Below, one piece after another: positions 1 through 9,308 of a DNA stretch of 64,000 bases; the stretch's first letter is position 1, and every line of letters starts with the position of its first letter. The DNA is from Bacteroidia bacterium (GTDB lineage Bacteria; Bacteroidota; Bacteroidia; AKYH767-A; OLB10). The DNA is taken from the NCBI GenBank assembly GCA_023262505.1, contig JALRAP010000003.1:3420-67419 (forward strand), written 5' to 3'. Position numbers and translations under genes: made by a program. The notes beneath the pieces are model-generated. The model was not told the origin of the DNA. It made no database searches and saw nothing but the letters and a program-made list of their open reading frames with translations.

Positions 1-1
1 C

Positions 2-694
2 CGGTATGGAATAGGTCCAGGTAAGCTTTCGATGTTTTTCCAAGACGGCGCAGGAGGATTTCGAGTGATGGATCACAAAGTGAACATGCCCAATCCTGAT
101 TTGGATTTGTATTTCAATGAGTCGCTCAAGGATGCTGATAAGAAGATCACCCATGCTTTAAACGACTACAATAGCAAGGGAGTAGTGTTGTTGCACGGCG
201 CCAAGGGTACAGGAAAAACAACCTATATGCGCAGTTTGATTTCGCGTATCAATAAAAAGTTTGTGATAGTGCCGGTGGATATGATTTTCGGATTGGCCAG
301 TCCGGGACTCTTGCCTCATTTCCTGAACATGCCCGACAGTATTCTGGTATTGGAGGACGCTGATCAATTGTTAGCGGATCGCCAAGGTATGGGCAACGAC
401 TTCGTGACTAACATTTGCGAATTCTCCGACGGATTATTGTCAGATTGTGTCAATTTGAAGTTCGTTCTCAGCTTCAGCACACCCATTGCTCAAATTGACC
501 AGAGTCTTGTTCGCCATGGTCGATTGCTCGCAAGTTATGAGTTTGAGGCTTTGACATCCGATAAGTGCAACCACCTGCTGAAGTCTTTGGATAAGGACAT
601 CCAAGTGGATAAAGCCATGACCTTGGCGGAGGTTTATCAACGAGCCATGCAGGGGGAGGCCAAGAATGAGAAGAAGCGGATAGGGTTTAAGTGA
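2..694 (+). CDS. AAA+ ATPase (classical AAA family), N-terminus cut by window edge
   Basis: Walker A GAKGTGKT, Walker B ILVLEDAD, RHGR arginine-finger region. The frame stays open from the listed Met at 32 back to base 2, so the gene probably starts outside the window. Confidence 0.75.
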   Translation, partial: RYGIGPGKLSMFFQDGAGGFRVMDHKVNMPNPDLDLYFNESLKDADKKITHALNDYNSKGVVLLHGAKGTGKTTYMRSLISRINKKFVIVPVDMIFGLASPGLLPHFLNMPDSILVLEDADQLLADRQGMGNDFVTNICEFSDGLLSDCVNLKFVLSFSTPIAQIDQSLVRHGRLLASYEFEALTSDKCNHLLKSLDKDIQVDKAMTLAEVYQRAMQGEAKNEKKRIGFK

Positions 695-875
695 TTTTTT
701 GGATGGCTATGATTGTTTTGATTTTTTATGATTCTTTTGTTGGCTACGGATAGAATGAAATAACTGGTAAGTGTTTGCTTGTTTATTGACAGCCGCCTGC
801 TATATTACATACAACTTATAAATCGTAAGTCTACTCAATTTTGCATGTTAGTTTATTAATAGAAAAGTTTAGGTC

Positions 876-1334
876 ATGAAAAATGTTTGTTTGTTCTGCA
901 TTGTTTTTTTGTTTTTATCATGTGGTGAAAGCATCAAGGAAAAAGCACAGGAAACTTTGAATAAGGGTGGGGAGGTTGTTGGTGAAACAGCAACCGAGGT
1001 TTTGGAGGGAATGCGTGAAGGCATGGATCAGTCTTTGGAATGTGACTTGGTGCTTTCGGAAGAATTAATCAAAGCGGGGGTTTCCAAAGGGAAATTCGAG
1101 GTGGTATCCGACTCCTTAGGTGGAAGCAATAATGTTTTGACAGCTTATCTGATATTCAACAAGGATTTTTCTGACACCTTATATGCAAAGGCCTATAGCA
1201 AAAAGGACCTTGAAGTGGGACGAAGCTTAGTGGTTGTTTCCGCTAAGGCAGGCGATGCGGCGTATTATGATTTCAAGTTCGACAAGCGCACATACATTGA
1301 AGTGAAGAGCAGGATAGAATTAGGTAAGCGCTGA
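876..1334 (+). CDS. hypothetical lipoprotein
   Basis: N-terminal signal peptide with lipobox-like FLSC (MKNVCLFCIVFLFLSC). No catalytic motif recognised. Confidence 0.5.
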   Translation: MKNVCLFCIVFLFLSCGESIKEKAQETLNKGGEVVGETATEVLEGMREGMDQSLECDLVLSEELIKAGVSKGKFEVVSDSLGGSNNVLTAYLIFNKDFSDTLYAKAYSKKDLEVGRSLVVVSAKAGDAAYYDFKFDKRTYIEVKSRIELGKR

Positions 1335-1338
1335 GGAG

Positions 1339-2499
1339 TTATCTTTTGTTGCTCATGCGCCTCATCCACGAAAGTTGCCGCCATATCCATTCGGCTGGAC
1401 CATACCGGTGAGATGAAAGCCAACGGCTGCTGAACCAAATAAGCAGGACTGCCCATGCAATTGCCATCAGCCATAGCTGGTAAATATTAATGGAAGGCAA
1501 CAATCCCAATCCGATACCATACAGCGTTATGATCATTAAAGCCGAAACCGAGAGGTAATTGGTAAGGGTCATTTTGCCAAGGTTCGCAATAAGATCTACA
1601 GGCTTATTGTTTTTATATTTTGAATATATCATTAGAGCCAGCGTGGAATAGAACAATGTGTTTAGCAATATTCCGACTTTTATGAAAGGGCTTATGAAAG
1701 GACTTTGTGGAATGAAAGATGATTCGCTCAAAAGCAATCCACGCAAAATCCAGTAAATCAGTACAGGGACGAATAAAAGGTAAATCAGGGTCTTCAGCTT
1801 TTCTGGAGATGCAACGAAGCTTTCGATTTTATTGGATTTGAGCAGCCAATAACCCAACAAGAATCTGCCAAGTGTTTCCGGGATATCATGCCACTCGGAT
1901 CCTGTTATGATGAACATGTCGTAATAGCCACGGATGTTCGCATTGAAAAGTGTGAGTAGGTTGTTCGACATCAATCCTGCATAAACATCATAGGCTAGGC
2001 GGTCGTTATGCCCAAAGGCGTAGTATGTCTTGATTATGGCCATAACCACTGAAGGGCCAATGGTGAGGGCTAATCCTATGGGAAGAAGATTTTTTGTTGA
2101 CACACTTCGAAACATCAACAGCGACACCCCGCAAATGGCGTACAGATGCAATACATCACCTAGCCAAAAACAGGTATGAATGATGCCAAGTAAGAAGAGC
2201 CAGGCCATACGCCGAAGGAAAAAAGCGTTCGGTTTTTCTCCAGCTTTCTCCACACTCGATAATATCACCCCGAAACCGTATCCGAATAATATCGAGAACA
2301 GACTCATGAATTTCCATTCGAGGAAAATCGTGTTGAACGACATCAGGAAATTGTCAATTCGGTTCGCGGATTCATTCAGTATTTCGAATGGTAATTGCTG
2401 TTCCAGATACGAATTGAAATTGGCGAAAACCACGCCTATCATGGCGATGCCACGCAGGAAGTCGATGTGAGTTTTCCGGTTGGGTTCAGCCTGAATCAT
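1339..2499 (-). CDS. DUF418/YeiB-like polytopic membrane protein
   Basis: 386 aa with about 10 hydrophobic segments. The N-terminal IDFLRGIAMIGVVFANF signature is typical of the DUF418 family. Confidence 0.6.
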   Translation of the reverse strand: MIQAEPNRKTHIDFLRGIAMIGVVFANFNSYLEQQLPFEILNESANRIDNFLMSFNTIFLEWKFMSLFSILFGYGFGVILSSVEKAGEKPNAFFLRRMAWLFLLGIIHTCFWLGDVLHLYAICGVSLLMFRSVSTKNLLPIGLALTIGPSVVMAIIKTYYAFGHNDRLAYDVYAGLMSNNLLTLFNANIRGYYDMFIITGSEWHDIPETLGRFLLGYWLLKSNKIESFVASPEKLKTLIYLLFVPVLIYWILRGLLLSESSFIPQSPFISPFIKVGILLNTLFYSTLALMIYSKYKNNKPVDLIANLGKMTLTNYLSVSALMIITLYGIGLGLLPSINIYQLWLMAIAWAVLLIWFSSRWLSSHRYGPAEWIWRQLSWMRRMSNKR

Positions 2500-2608
2500 G
2501 GCTATGCGTATTTAGGCGCCCCTAATGTAGGATAATAGTCAAATACCCCCCGTTTTTTTGTTTCAAATTAATTATTATACATTTACCCTCCTTCAAATCC
2601 TTCAAACC

Positions 2609-3565
2609 ATGAAGAAAATGCTCAGATACCTGGTGGTTACCATGGCAGTGGTGTTGGTTGTAGTGGTTAGTGGCGCTTCATTCATTCATTTCAAAGGGGT
2701 GCCGTTTTATGATAAGGCGAAATTGGTTTATCGGAATTCAAGCACACCCGCTAATATCGAGCGGGGCAAGAAGCTATCGATGATGCTTTGTTCAAATTGT
2801 CATTTGAACGTGAACACCGGTAGGCTCAGTGGCAAGCGAATGTCGGATGCGCCTCCCGAGTTCGGTGTGGTGTACTCAGCCAACATTACCCAATCGAAGG
2901 AAAATGGGATTGGAAATTATTCGGATGCCGAATTACTTTATCTATTGCGTACAGGTGTCAAGAAAAACGGTCAATATGCACCTCCATACATGGCCAAGTT
3001 GCCGCATATGTCGGACAGTGATATCAACGCCATCATATCTTTTCTGAGGTCAGATGACCCTATGGTACAAGCAGATGAAACACCAACTAAGCCGTGTGAA
3101 CCTTCGTTCCTGACAAAATTCCTTTGCAATACCGCGTTCAAACCTTTGCCTTTGCCGACCTCACCCATTGTAATGCCGGACAGTAGCGACAAGGTGGCGT
3201 TTGGAAAATACCTTGCCTTAAACCTTGATTGTTGGACATGCCATTCGGGCGATTTCACTAAGTTGGATATCATGAATCCTGAGAACAGTTACCATTTTTT
3301 TGGTGGGGGAAATCAGCCTTTGAATTTGGAAGGCCAACCCGTTGTGACATCAAACTTAACCCCGCACAAGGAAACAGGCATAGGTCTATGGTCGGAGGAG
3401 AAGTTTGTAAAGGCCTTGAAATACGGAATCGTGGATGGTCATCCCGCCTTGAGATATCCCATGGTACCTTATACGAAGCTTACCGACTATGAAGCTGCAG
3501 CTATTTATGCATATTTGCGGACGATTCCAGCGATAGAGAATAAAATCAATAAAAATCAACCTTAA
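2609..3565 (+). CDS. dihaem c-type cytochrome, membrane-anchored/secreted
   Basis: Two CxxCH motifs (CSNCH, CWTCH) and a hydrophobic N-terminus MKKMLRYLVVTMAVVLVVVV. Start moved from the listed 2558 to ATG 2609. Confidence 0.75.
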   Translation: MKKMLRYLVVTMAVVLVVVVSGASFIHFKGVPFYDKAKLVYRNSSTPANIERGKKLSMMLCSNCHLNVNTGRLSGKRMSDAPPEFGVVYSANITQSKENGIGNYSDAELLYLLRTGVKKNGQYAPPYMAKLPHMSDSDINAIISFLRSDDPMVQADETPTKPCEPSFLTKFLCNTAFKPLPLPTSPIVMPDSSDKVAFGKYLALNLDCWTCHSGDFTKLDIMNPENSYHFFGGGNQPLNLEGQPVVTSNLTPHKETGIGLWSEEKFVKALKYGIVDGHPALRYPMVPYTKLTDYEAAAIYAYLRTIPAIENKINKNQP

Positions 3566-3597
3566 TAATCAATTTTAATACACAAAAAACTAAGAAA

Positions 3598-3936
3598 ATG
3601 GATGCACAAAAAGTTGACATGTTCATGATGGCAAATAGCAAGTTCTTTGAAGCTGGACAGGCTTTTGCAATTAGAGAAAGATTGCTTCAAGTGGATGATT
3701 CCAAGTGGGGCGTTATTCAAACCATTCAATTCAAGGATCCGACAACCTTGTTAATCGTATCATTGCTGGGAGGAGGTTTGGGGATTGATCGGTTCATGTT
3801 AGGTGATACAGGAATGGGAGTAGGCAAGCTTCTGACGTGTGGCGGCTTGGGCATTTGGACCATTGTTGACTGGTTTATGATTCAAGACGCGGCCCGTCAA
3901 AAGAACATGGCATTGTTACAACCTCATCTGTATTAA
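3598..3936 (+). CDS. TM2 domain-containing membrane protein
   Basis: 112 aa with two TM helices and the GGLGIDRFMLGDTGMG pattern characteristic of TM2 domains. Confidence 0.7.
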   Translation: MDAQKVDMFMMANSKFFEAGQAFAIRERLLQVDDSKWGVIQTIQFKDPTTLLIVSLLGGGLGIDRFMLGDTGMGVGKLLTCGGLGIWTIVDWFMIQDAARQKNMALLQPHLY

Positions 3937-3937
3937 T

Positions 3938-4336
3938 ATGTCAATTCGCCAATTCAAAGTCTTTTCCACCCTGTTTGTTACTACAGGTATTTTGTGGTTG
4001 GTTTGGAATTGGGTTTTTTACAAATCCGTATCTCCTTGTTTGTTCAAGAATTTGACTGATATTCCCTGCCCTGGTTGTGGATCGACCAGGGCGGCTTTTC
4101 TAGCTTTGAGTTTTAGGTTCAGCGAAGCATTGGCATTAAACCCCCTTGGTATACTTTACGCAGTTGCAATATTTGTATTGCCATTCTGGTGGTTTTATGA
4201 CTTATTTTATCGATCGAACTCAATGTTCAATTATTGGAACAAGTTTGAAAACCTATGCAAGAGGAAATCGGTTTTGTTTATTTTATTTGTAATGATTGGA
4301 TCCATTTGGATTCATAACATTATGATAGGACTATGA
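3938..4336 (+). CDS. DUF2752-like membrane protein
   Basis: 132 aa with a CPGCGSTRA motif followed by TM helices. 1-nt gap after the TM2 gene. Confidence 0.6.
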   Translation: MSIRQFKVFSTLFVTTGILWLVWNWVFYKSVSPCLFKNLTDIPCPGCGSTRAAFLALSFRFSEALALNPLGILYAVAIFVLPFWWFYDLFYRSNSMFNYWNKFENLCKRKSVLFILFVMIGSIWIHNIMIGL

Positions 4337-4764
4337 ACCAAGACATCAATACTTACGAAGAACCAAACGATTCTGAAAAGGAGAAAGCATCAAATAGTTA
4401 TTTGATGTCACTTGTAGCGGTTATCGCCGGACTGCCTTTGCCGATAATTAATTTGTTGGCAACCCTATTCTTTTATTTGGGAAATAGAAGGGGAAGTTAT
4501 TTTGTTAGGTGGCATTGCACCCAGGCATTGCTGTCTCAATTAAGTCTACTGTTCATAAACAGCTATGGATTTTGGTGGACATTTTCTGTGGTTTTCGGTG
4601 GAGAACCTGCATCCGATGCTTACATCGGATATATATTGACAGCTGCCCTGTTCAATATAATAGAGTTGATTGCCACCATCCAGGCGGCTATAAAGACCCG
4701 CAAGGGCATTCATGTCCGTTGGTTTTTTTATGCTGATCTTACAAGCATTTTATGTAAACGTTAA
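4333..4764 (+). CDS. small polytopic membrane protein (DUF4870-like)
   Basis: 143 aa with 3-4 TM segments. 4-nt overlap with the upstream gene. Family assignment is by overall pattern only. Confidence 0.5.
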   Translation: MNQDINTYEEPNDSEKEKASNSYLMSLVAVIAGLPLPIINLLATLFFYLGNRRGSYFVRWHCTQALLSQLSLLFINSYGFWWTFSVVFGGEPASDAYIGYILTAALFNIIELIATIQAAIKTRKGIHVRWFFYADLTSILCKR

Positions 4765-4768
4765 AGTG

Positions 4769-5560
4769 ATGAAAAGTATTTTCAAAGGAATTGTATTAGT
4801 TGTCTCATTCTTGGGCGCAATGTATCTTATGCAACAGGTGCCATGGAGGGAAATGTTGAAGTTGGATAAAGCAAAAGACGCTACAGATGAAAAAATAGGA
4901 GAGCTATTGTGGGACTTTATCAAATCAAGTGAAAAGGAGATTTCCGACACATTGGTTGTAAAAACGGTTGACTCGATATTTGTTCAGGTGTGCGAGTCGA
5001 ATTTTATCAACCCTGAACAGTATCAAATTCATATTGTTGAAAACAGTGAAGTCAATGCGTTTGCGATACCTGGAGATAGAATCATCATACATTCGGGGTT
5101 AATTTCCGATTGCAAAAATGAGTCGGAGTTTACAGGAGTATTATCACATGAATTGGCACATTTGGAACTTAAGCATGTAACAAAAAAGTTGGTCAAGGAG
5201 TTCGGATTTGCTGTACTGGTTGAAATGACAGCTGGCGGAGGAGGTAAAATAATAAAAGAGGTTTTGAAGGTACTTTCATCTACGGCATATGATCGCTCAT
5301 TAGAAGAGGAGGCCGACCTAAAGGCAATTGAATACATGTCTAGTGCCGGGTTTGACCCTAAAGAGTTTGGAAATTTCATGTATCGATTAGCAGATGCTGA
5401 TCGATCCGATGCGTCTATTATGGAGTGGTTAAGCACGCATCCGGATTCTAAAGAACGAGCGGAATACATCATCAAAAACACGCCATCAAAAATTGGAAGG
5501 AAAATATTCATCACTCAATCGGATTGGGACCTGATGGTAAATCGAATGGAAATCAATTAA
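4769..5560 (+). CDS. M48-family zinc metallopeptidase
   Basis: HELAH (HExxH) motif and an N-terminal TM anchor. Start set at ATG 4769 (MKSIFKG), 5 nt after the upstream stop. Confidence 0.8.
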   Translation: MKSIFKGIVLVVSFLGAMYLMQQVPWREMLKLDKAKDATDEKIGELLWDFIKSSEKEISDTLVVKTVDSIFVQVCESNFINPEQYQIHIVENSEVNAFAIPGDRIIIHSGLISDCKNESEFTGVLSHELAHLELKHVTKKLVKEFGFAVLVEMTAGGGGKIIKEVLKVLSSTAYDRSLEEEADLKAIEYMSSAGFDPKEFGNFMYRLADADRSDASIMEWLSTHPDSKERAEYIIKNTPSKIGRKIFITQSDWDLMVNRMEIN

Positions 5561-5563
5561 AAT

Positions 5564-6283
5564 TTGGAACTCAATAGCCCCTATCTCCTTTCTGCCCTCG
5601 CAGCCGCACCTGGCTTAGCCATTTGCATATACATTTATTGGAAAGACAAATTTGATCCTGAGCCGCGCTCACTGCTTGTCAAAAGCTTTATTCTTGGTAT
5701 CGGTAGCGTGGTCCTGACGTTATTGATTTCAAAAATCATTCTTCCGCCATTGGGCTTTGAACATGAGAGCGCAAATTTGTTTTGGTCTTTGGCTTCATGT
5801 GTTTTGGGAATAGGTTTGGTGGAGGAGTATTCCAAGTATTTTTTTGTAAGATATTTTGCATACAAGAAATCGGCATTCAACGAGCCTTTTGATGGCATCA
5901 CCTATTGCGTTATTGTATCGATGGGCTTTGCCACCCTGGAGAACTTCATGTATGTTTTCCAAGATGAAGATGGTTTCAAAGTCGCCATTATGCGTATGTT
6001 CTTGTCGGTTCCTGCACATGCTGTGTTCGGCGTTATCATGGGGTACCACCTGGGATTGCAAAAGCATTACAATAGGAAATTCGCTGGAGCCTACGGACTA
6101 ATGTTGGCTGCAACATTGCATGGATTGTTTGATTTCTTTTTGTTTCAATCCTATATACCAGGAATGTTCTTGGGCGCATTGGCTTCATTAATATTCGGCT
6201 TACGCTATTCTTTACGAGCAATTCGCATGCATAGCGAAATATCTCCGTTTAACGGGAAAAACACGGCCGCACAAGATTTTTAA
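5564..6283 (+). CDS. PrsW-family intramembrane protease
   Basis: 239 aa with 7-8 TM segments. EEYSKY and conserved His segments resemble PrsW-type proteases. TTG start. Confidence 0.65.
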   Translation: MELNSPYLLSALAAAPGLAICIYIYWKDKFDPEPRSLLVKSFILGIGSVVLTLLISKIILPPLGFEHESANLFWSLASCVLGIGLVEEYSKYFFVRYFAYKKSAFNEPFDGITYCVIVSMGFATLENFMYVFQDEDGFKVAIMRMFLSVPAHAVFGVIMGYHLGLQKHYNRKFAGAYGLMLAATLHGLFDFFLFQSYIPGMFLGALASLIFGLRYSLRAIRMHSEISPFNGKNTAAQDF

Positions 6284-6304
6284 AAGAATTGGTAACCTGA
6301 ATAA

Positions 6305-7483
6305 TTATTCAGCCTGGTATGCAGAATCATCCCAAACCACCAAGCTCCGGTCGAGCTTAATCTTTTTTCGTTCTCCTCTTTGACCGTCGATGGCATAATG
6401 CTCAGCCATTTCTTCACCCACATGTCTGCTGAATTTGTTCCGCATTTTTGAAACGATTTCGCTTAATCGATTTTCCATTGGGTTTGTAACATCATCCAAC
6501 GTATTGTTCAAGTTGGCAAGTGTCAGATTGTGTCCAACAGTCATGTAGATTTCCTGCAATTGTTCCCTATGTTCTGAAAGTCGGTTGAAATATAGCCCTT
6601 CCGGGTTTTTGAGAAACAGTATGAATACTGCTTTTTCCAAGGGAGCCAACCGTAATTGGGAGTTGCCCATGTCGATAAACGTTATTGGCTCGCGGCCCGG
6701 TGTGATTGCTATGCGGCTAGGTAGTTGCAGCATCTCGAACCGCTCGCGAAATAAGAGCTGGGTCCGTATATGTTCCATGATTTGGAAACATTGTGATAGC
6801 AAATCACGGTTAATGCCTTTGTTGTTGATTGCTTGCATACAATCGGAACAAATATCCGCGGTTCGCATTTTCAGGATGATTTCCCTTTTGTTTTCACAGA
6901 AATCACTTATGCATCCCTTCGGGCTGTGATGTATGGCCATGTTTAACGACGTATAGCTATTGAACACCATTTTCTTGAGTATTCCAGTCGCAATGAGGTA
7001 GGCTACAGGAAAGCGGTTTTCCGAATCAAGGAAAAATTCCCATTGGTCCGAGTGTACAAAAAAGTTGTTTTCACCATTTGTGTCTGCAGCTGAAAACCAA
7101 TTATGTTCATTATTCAGTTCGGTTAATAGTACAATACGTTCATCCGGCGACAACTTGTTTTTTTTCCTGTACCTCCTACATATACCAAATAGCGATTCCC
7201 AAGATGCCACCCTAATTTCCCGTGGGTATGAATAGTCTTTGCTCAAGTGAAATTCTTGAAGCGATTCCATTTCCTCGTAATGCACCTCATCCGCTTTGAA
7301 AAACCTAGATCGGGAAGTGGTTTCTTCTTGGATTTCATCCTCCTCCAATAAGAACTTCTCATAATTGGCATCTGTAACAAAATTCATTGGGCCAGGAAAT
7401 TGCCGAAGAAGTGATGCCACTTCGTCGTAAAACTCGTCGCTTACATTGCCTGATCTTATTAGGTGGACCTTGAAAGGTGTCAT
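6305..7483 (-). CDS. hypothetical protein: unassigned N-domain + Cys/His cluster + OmpR/PhoB-like winged-helix C-terminus
   Basis: 392 aa from ATG 7483 (MTPFKVHL). Cys/His cluster HHSPKGCISDFC...ADICSDC. The C-terminal pattern LRLAPLEKAVFILFLKNPEG...SKMRNKF...YAIDGQRGERKKI resembles Trans_reg_C-type wHTH. Confidence 0.6.
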   Translation of the reverse strand: MTPFKVHLIRSGNVSDEFYDEVASLLRQFPGPMNFVTDANYEKFLLEEDEIQEETTSRSRFFKADEVHYEEMESLQEFHLSKDYSYPREIRVASWESLFGICRRYRKKNKLSPDERIVLLTELNNEHNWFSAADTNGENNFFVHSDQWEFFLDSENRFPVAYLIATGILKKMVFNSYTSLNMAIHHSPKGCISDFCENKREIILKMRTADICSDCMQAINNKGINRDLLSQCFQIMEHIRTQLLFRERFEMLQLPSRIAITPGREPITFIDMGNSQLRLAPLEKAVFILFLKNPEGLYFNRLSEHREQLQEIYMTVGHNLTLANLNNTLDDVTNPMENRLSEIVSKMRNKFSRHVGEEMAEHYAIDGQRGERKKIKLDRSLVVWDDSAYQAE

Positions 7484-7568
7484 GGTAAAAAATTTAAACG
7501 TTGTTGGATTTAAAGTTAACAAAAATCCCGTGCCGGACATTGTCCGACACAGGGGGGACTAAAAAAGA

Positions 7569-7940
7569 TTATTGGAGTTCGTAATAAATGGTACTGGGGT
7601 AATCGCCGAATACGAATTTGGTGACCGGGCAGAGCCACATCAGGTGGTTCATCCTCTTGCCATTAAGCAGGCGCGCTTTGTAGTAGGCGCCACCAATTAC
7701 CGGCATCTCAAAGAACCTTTCAATGCGGTTCGGCAACTGTTCGTTGAGACTGATGCGCATGCTGACTTGTGTCCCATTGCTCGAAAGCATATCGAGCCAG
7801 GTGTCGGCACCGGCAACCATTCTTAGATCCTCTCGGCTGCCATCATACTCGGGCAGTTCCACATACCATTTGCCTTGGTCTTTTACGAAATCAAACACTC
7901 TTGTTTCTGTGAATACGGGTTGTAGAATTGTAGCTGTCAT
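7569..7940 (-). CDS. small conserved hypothetical protein
   Basis: 123-aa ORF with no assignable motif. It may belong to a Bacteroidota DUF family, which I cannot verify. It lies 85 nt upstream of the 392-aa gene on the same strand. Confidence 0.55.
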   Translation of the reverse strand: MTATILQPVFTETRVFDFVKDQGKWYVELPEYDGSREDLRMVAGADTWLDMLSSNGTQVSMRISLNEQLPNRIERFFEMPVIGGAYYKARLLNGKRMNHLMWLCPVTKFVFGDYPSTIYYELQ

Positions 7941-7985
7941 AAGGTTTAGATTTAAGTGTTTTGATTTTCAGTACGAGAATAATAA

Positions 7986-8130
7986 GTGACATGTAACAAG
8001 TAACAAGTAACAAGTGATAAGAGATGTGTAAGAAGAGACGTGTTTGAATCTCTGCCGTAACAATTAAGTGTGTTAGGAATTGGAAAAATTCAAACACTTT
8101 TCACTTGTCACACATCACTTGTCACTTTCC
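7986..8130. repeat. imperfect long hairpin whose arms are heptamer tandem repeats
   Basis: Left arm gtaacaa x3, gtgataa, gagatgt, gtaagaa, gagacgt. Right arm acttttc, acttgtc, acacatc, acttgtc, actttcc. Complementary blocks are gtgtttgaa/ttcaaacac, gatgtgt/acacatc and acaagtgat/atcacttgt. Confidence 0.55.
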
Positions 8131-8141
8131 ATTAGTTATTA

Positions 8142-8798
8142 CTAAAACAAATCCTCCGAATCAACATCCTTCTTATCCAAGAAAGACTTCTTCATGCGGC
8201 CGGCTTTTTTCTCCATGATATAAGAATCCATCGAATTTGCCATGGCTTCGAACACACGATTTGAATCGGCTTTGCTATAACTGGCGGCATTTGCTTTTTG
8301 GATGTTCAGGTTCTGTGCCTGCTCCAAGGCGGCCATATCGGCTCCCAAGAAGCTGAACGTCCATTTGCCTGTAGCCTCCAATTCGCGAATCAGGTTACGC
8401 ACATTGTTCACCGAGAAGAAGCGAGAGGCGTTTTCGTAGCCGTCTGTAATAATGACGACAACTGCTGTAGCCTGGTCGTTGTTGAATTCATTACTTGCGC
8501 GGGATTTCAGCGACATTACTGACTCGCCAATGGCATCCAATAGCGCTGTGCTACCATCAGGTTGGTAGGTTTCAAGAGTTAGCAGCTCAGCATCTTGTGG
8601 TTTGCAGCAAGTGGTCACATGCGACACAAAATGATTAAATGCAGTTAACGATACTAAGATCTCCTGGTCGGGATTTAGCCGTTGTAAGTCGCGTATCATT
8701 TGAATTTGCTCGTTGTAACCGCTTATGGTTTCATTGACACATGAAGACATAGATCCCGACTTGTCGATGATCAGATGGTAATAGGTTTTGTTGTTCAT
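8142..8798 (-). CDS. stand-alone von Willebrand factor A (vWA) domain protein
   Basis: 218 aa with MIDAS DKSGSMS (DxSxS), DGSTALLDAI and ITDGYEN motifs. Confidence 0.8.
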   Translation of the reverse strand: MNNKTYYHLIIDKSGSMSSCVNETISGYNEQIQMIRDLQRLNPDQEILVSLTAFNHFVSHVTTCCKPQDAELLTLETYQPDGSTALLDAIGESVMSLKSRASNEFNNDQATAVVVIITDGYENASRFFSVNNVRNLIRELEATGKWTFSFLGADMAALEQAQNLNIQKANAASYSKADSNRVFEAMANSMDSYIMEKKAGRMKKSFLDKKDVDSEDLF

Positions 8799-9308
8799 TT
8801 TGTTTTGGTTTTAATTGTTTGTTGAAGCAAAGGTCAGTGGCCAGTGGCCCCCATTTAATTTCGACAAGCTTGTCGGTTTTGGAACAGTTGATTTACAAGA
8901 CCATTTGGATTTTTATTGATAGGTTCGACATACTTTTTGGCAATTGATTCTTAATTGGGGTTTACCCTACAGGGTTTCTTTAGGGGTAAAGGATGATTAG
9001 CACGTGTAGGAACGAACCATCTATACCATTACTGAGAAGTAGGGGGTAAGGAATTCAATTAAATCAGGGGAGGGGCAATTGCATTTACTATGCCAAGTAT
9101 GAAAACAGGAAAAATTGTCTGTGGAAACCATCTTTTTAGGAAACTATGTCGTTTCATCTATTGATTATTTGACAATTTGACCGCATCCGATTAACCAGTC
9201 TAGTTTTCCAAACCCCAATTACATGTATCAACATATATAAAGAATTTAGGTATCGGTTAAAATAATTGAGGCAAATAGTGGTTATTTGTCAAAAATTTAG
9301 AGCCTTTT

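Noticed and set aside
695-875. T-rich repeated words (tgattgtttt, gatttttta, tgattctttt) downstream of the AAA gene as another heptamer element
   Set aside because: Periodicity is irregular and there is no complementary arm. This is more likely a plain AT-rich intergenic or promoter region.
6297-6312. Perfect 16-nt palindrome ctgaataattattcag between convergent genes as a terminator
   Set aside because: The AT-rich stem would be weak and there is no flanking U-tract. It may be coincidental, so it is not listed as a feature.
7986-8130. Possible CRISPR-like or other interspaced repeat arrays (also 51907-52050 and 62639-62739)
   Set aside because: The units are 6-7 nt and contiguous, without spacers, and no cas genes are in the window. 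They are micro-tandem arrays or hairpins, not CRISPR.
8142-8798. vWA protein as a TerY-type component of a Ter stress system (with the TerB-like gene at 13069-13419)
   Set aside because: The two genes are 4 kb apart with unrelated genes between them. No TerD, TerC, kinase or phosphatase partners are present. Similarity to TerY cannot be judged by eye.
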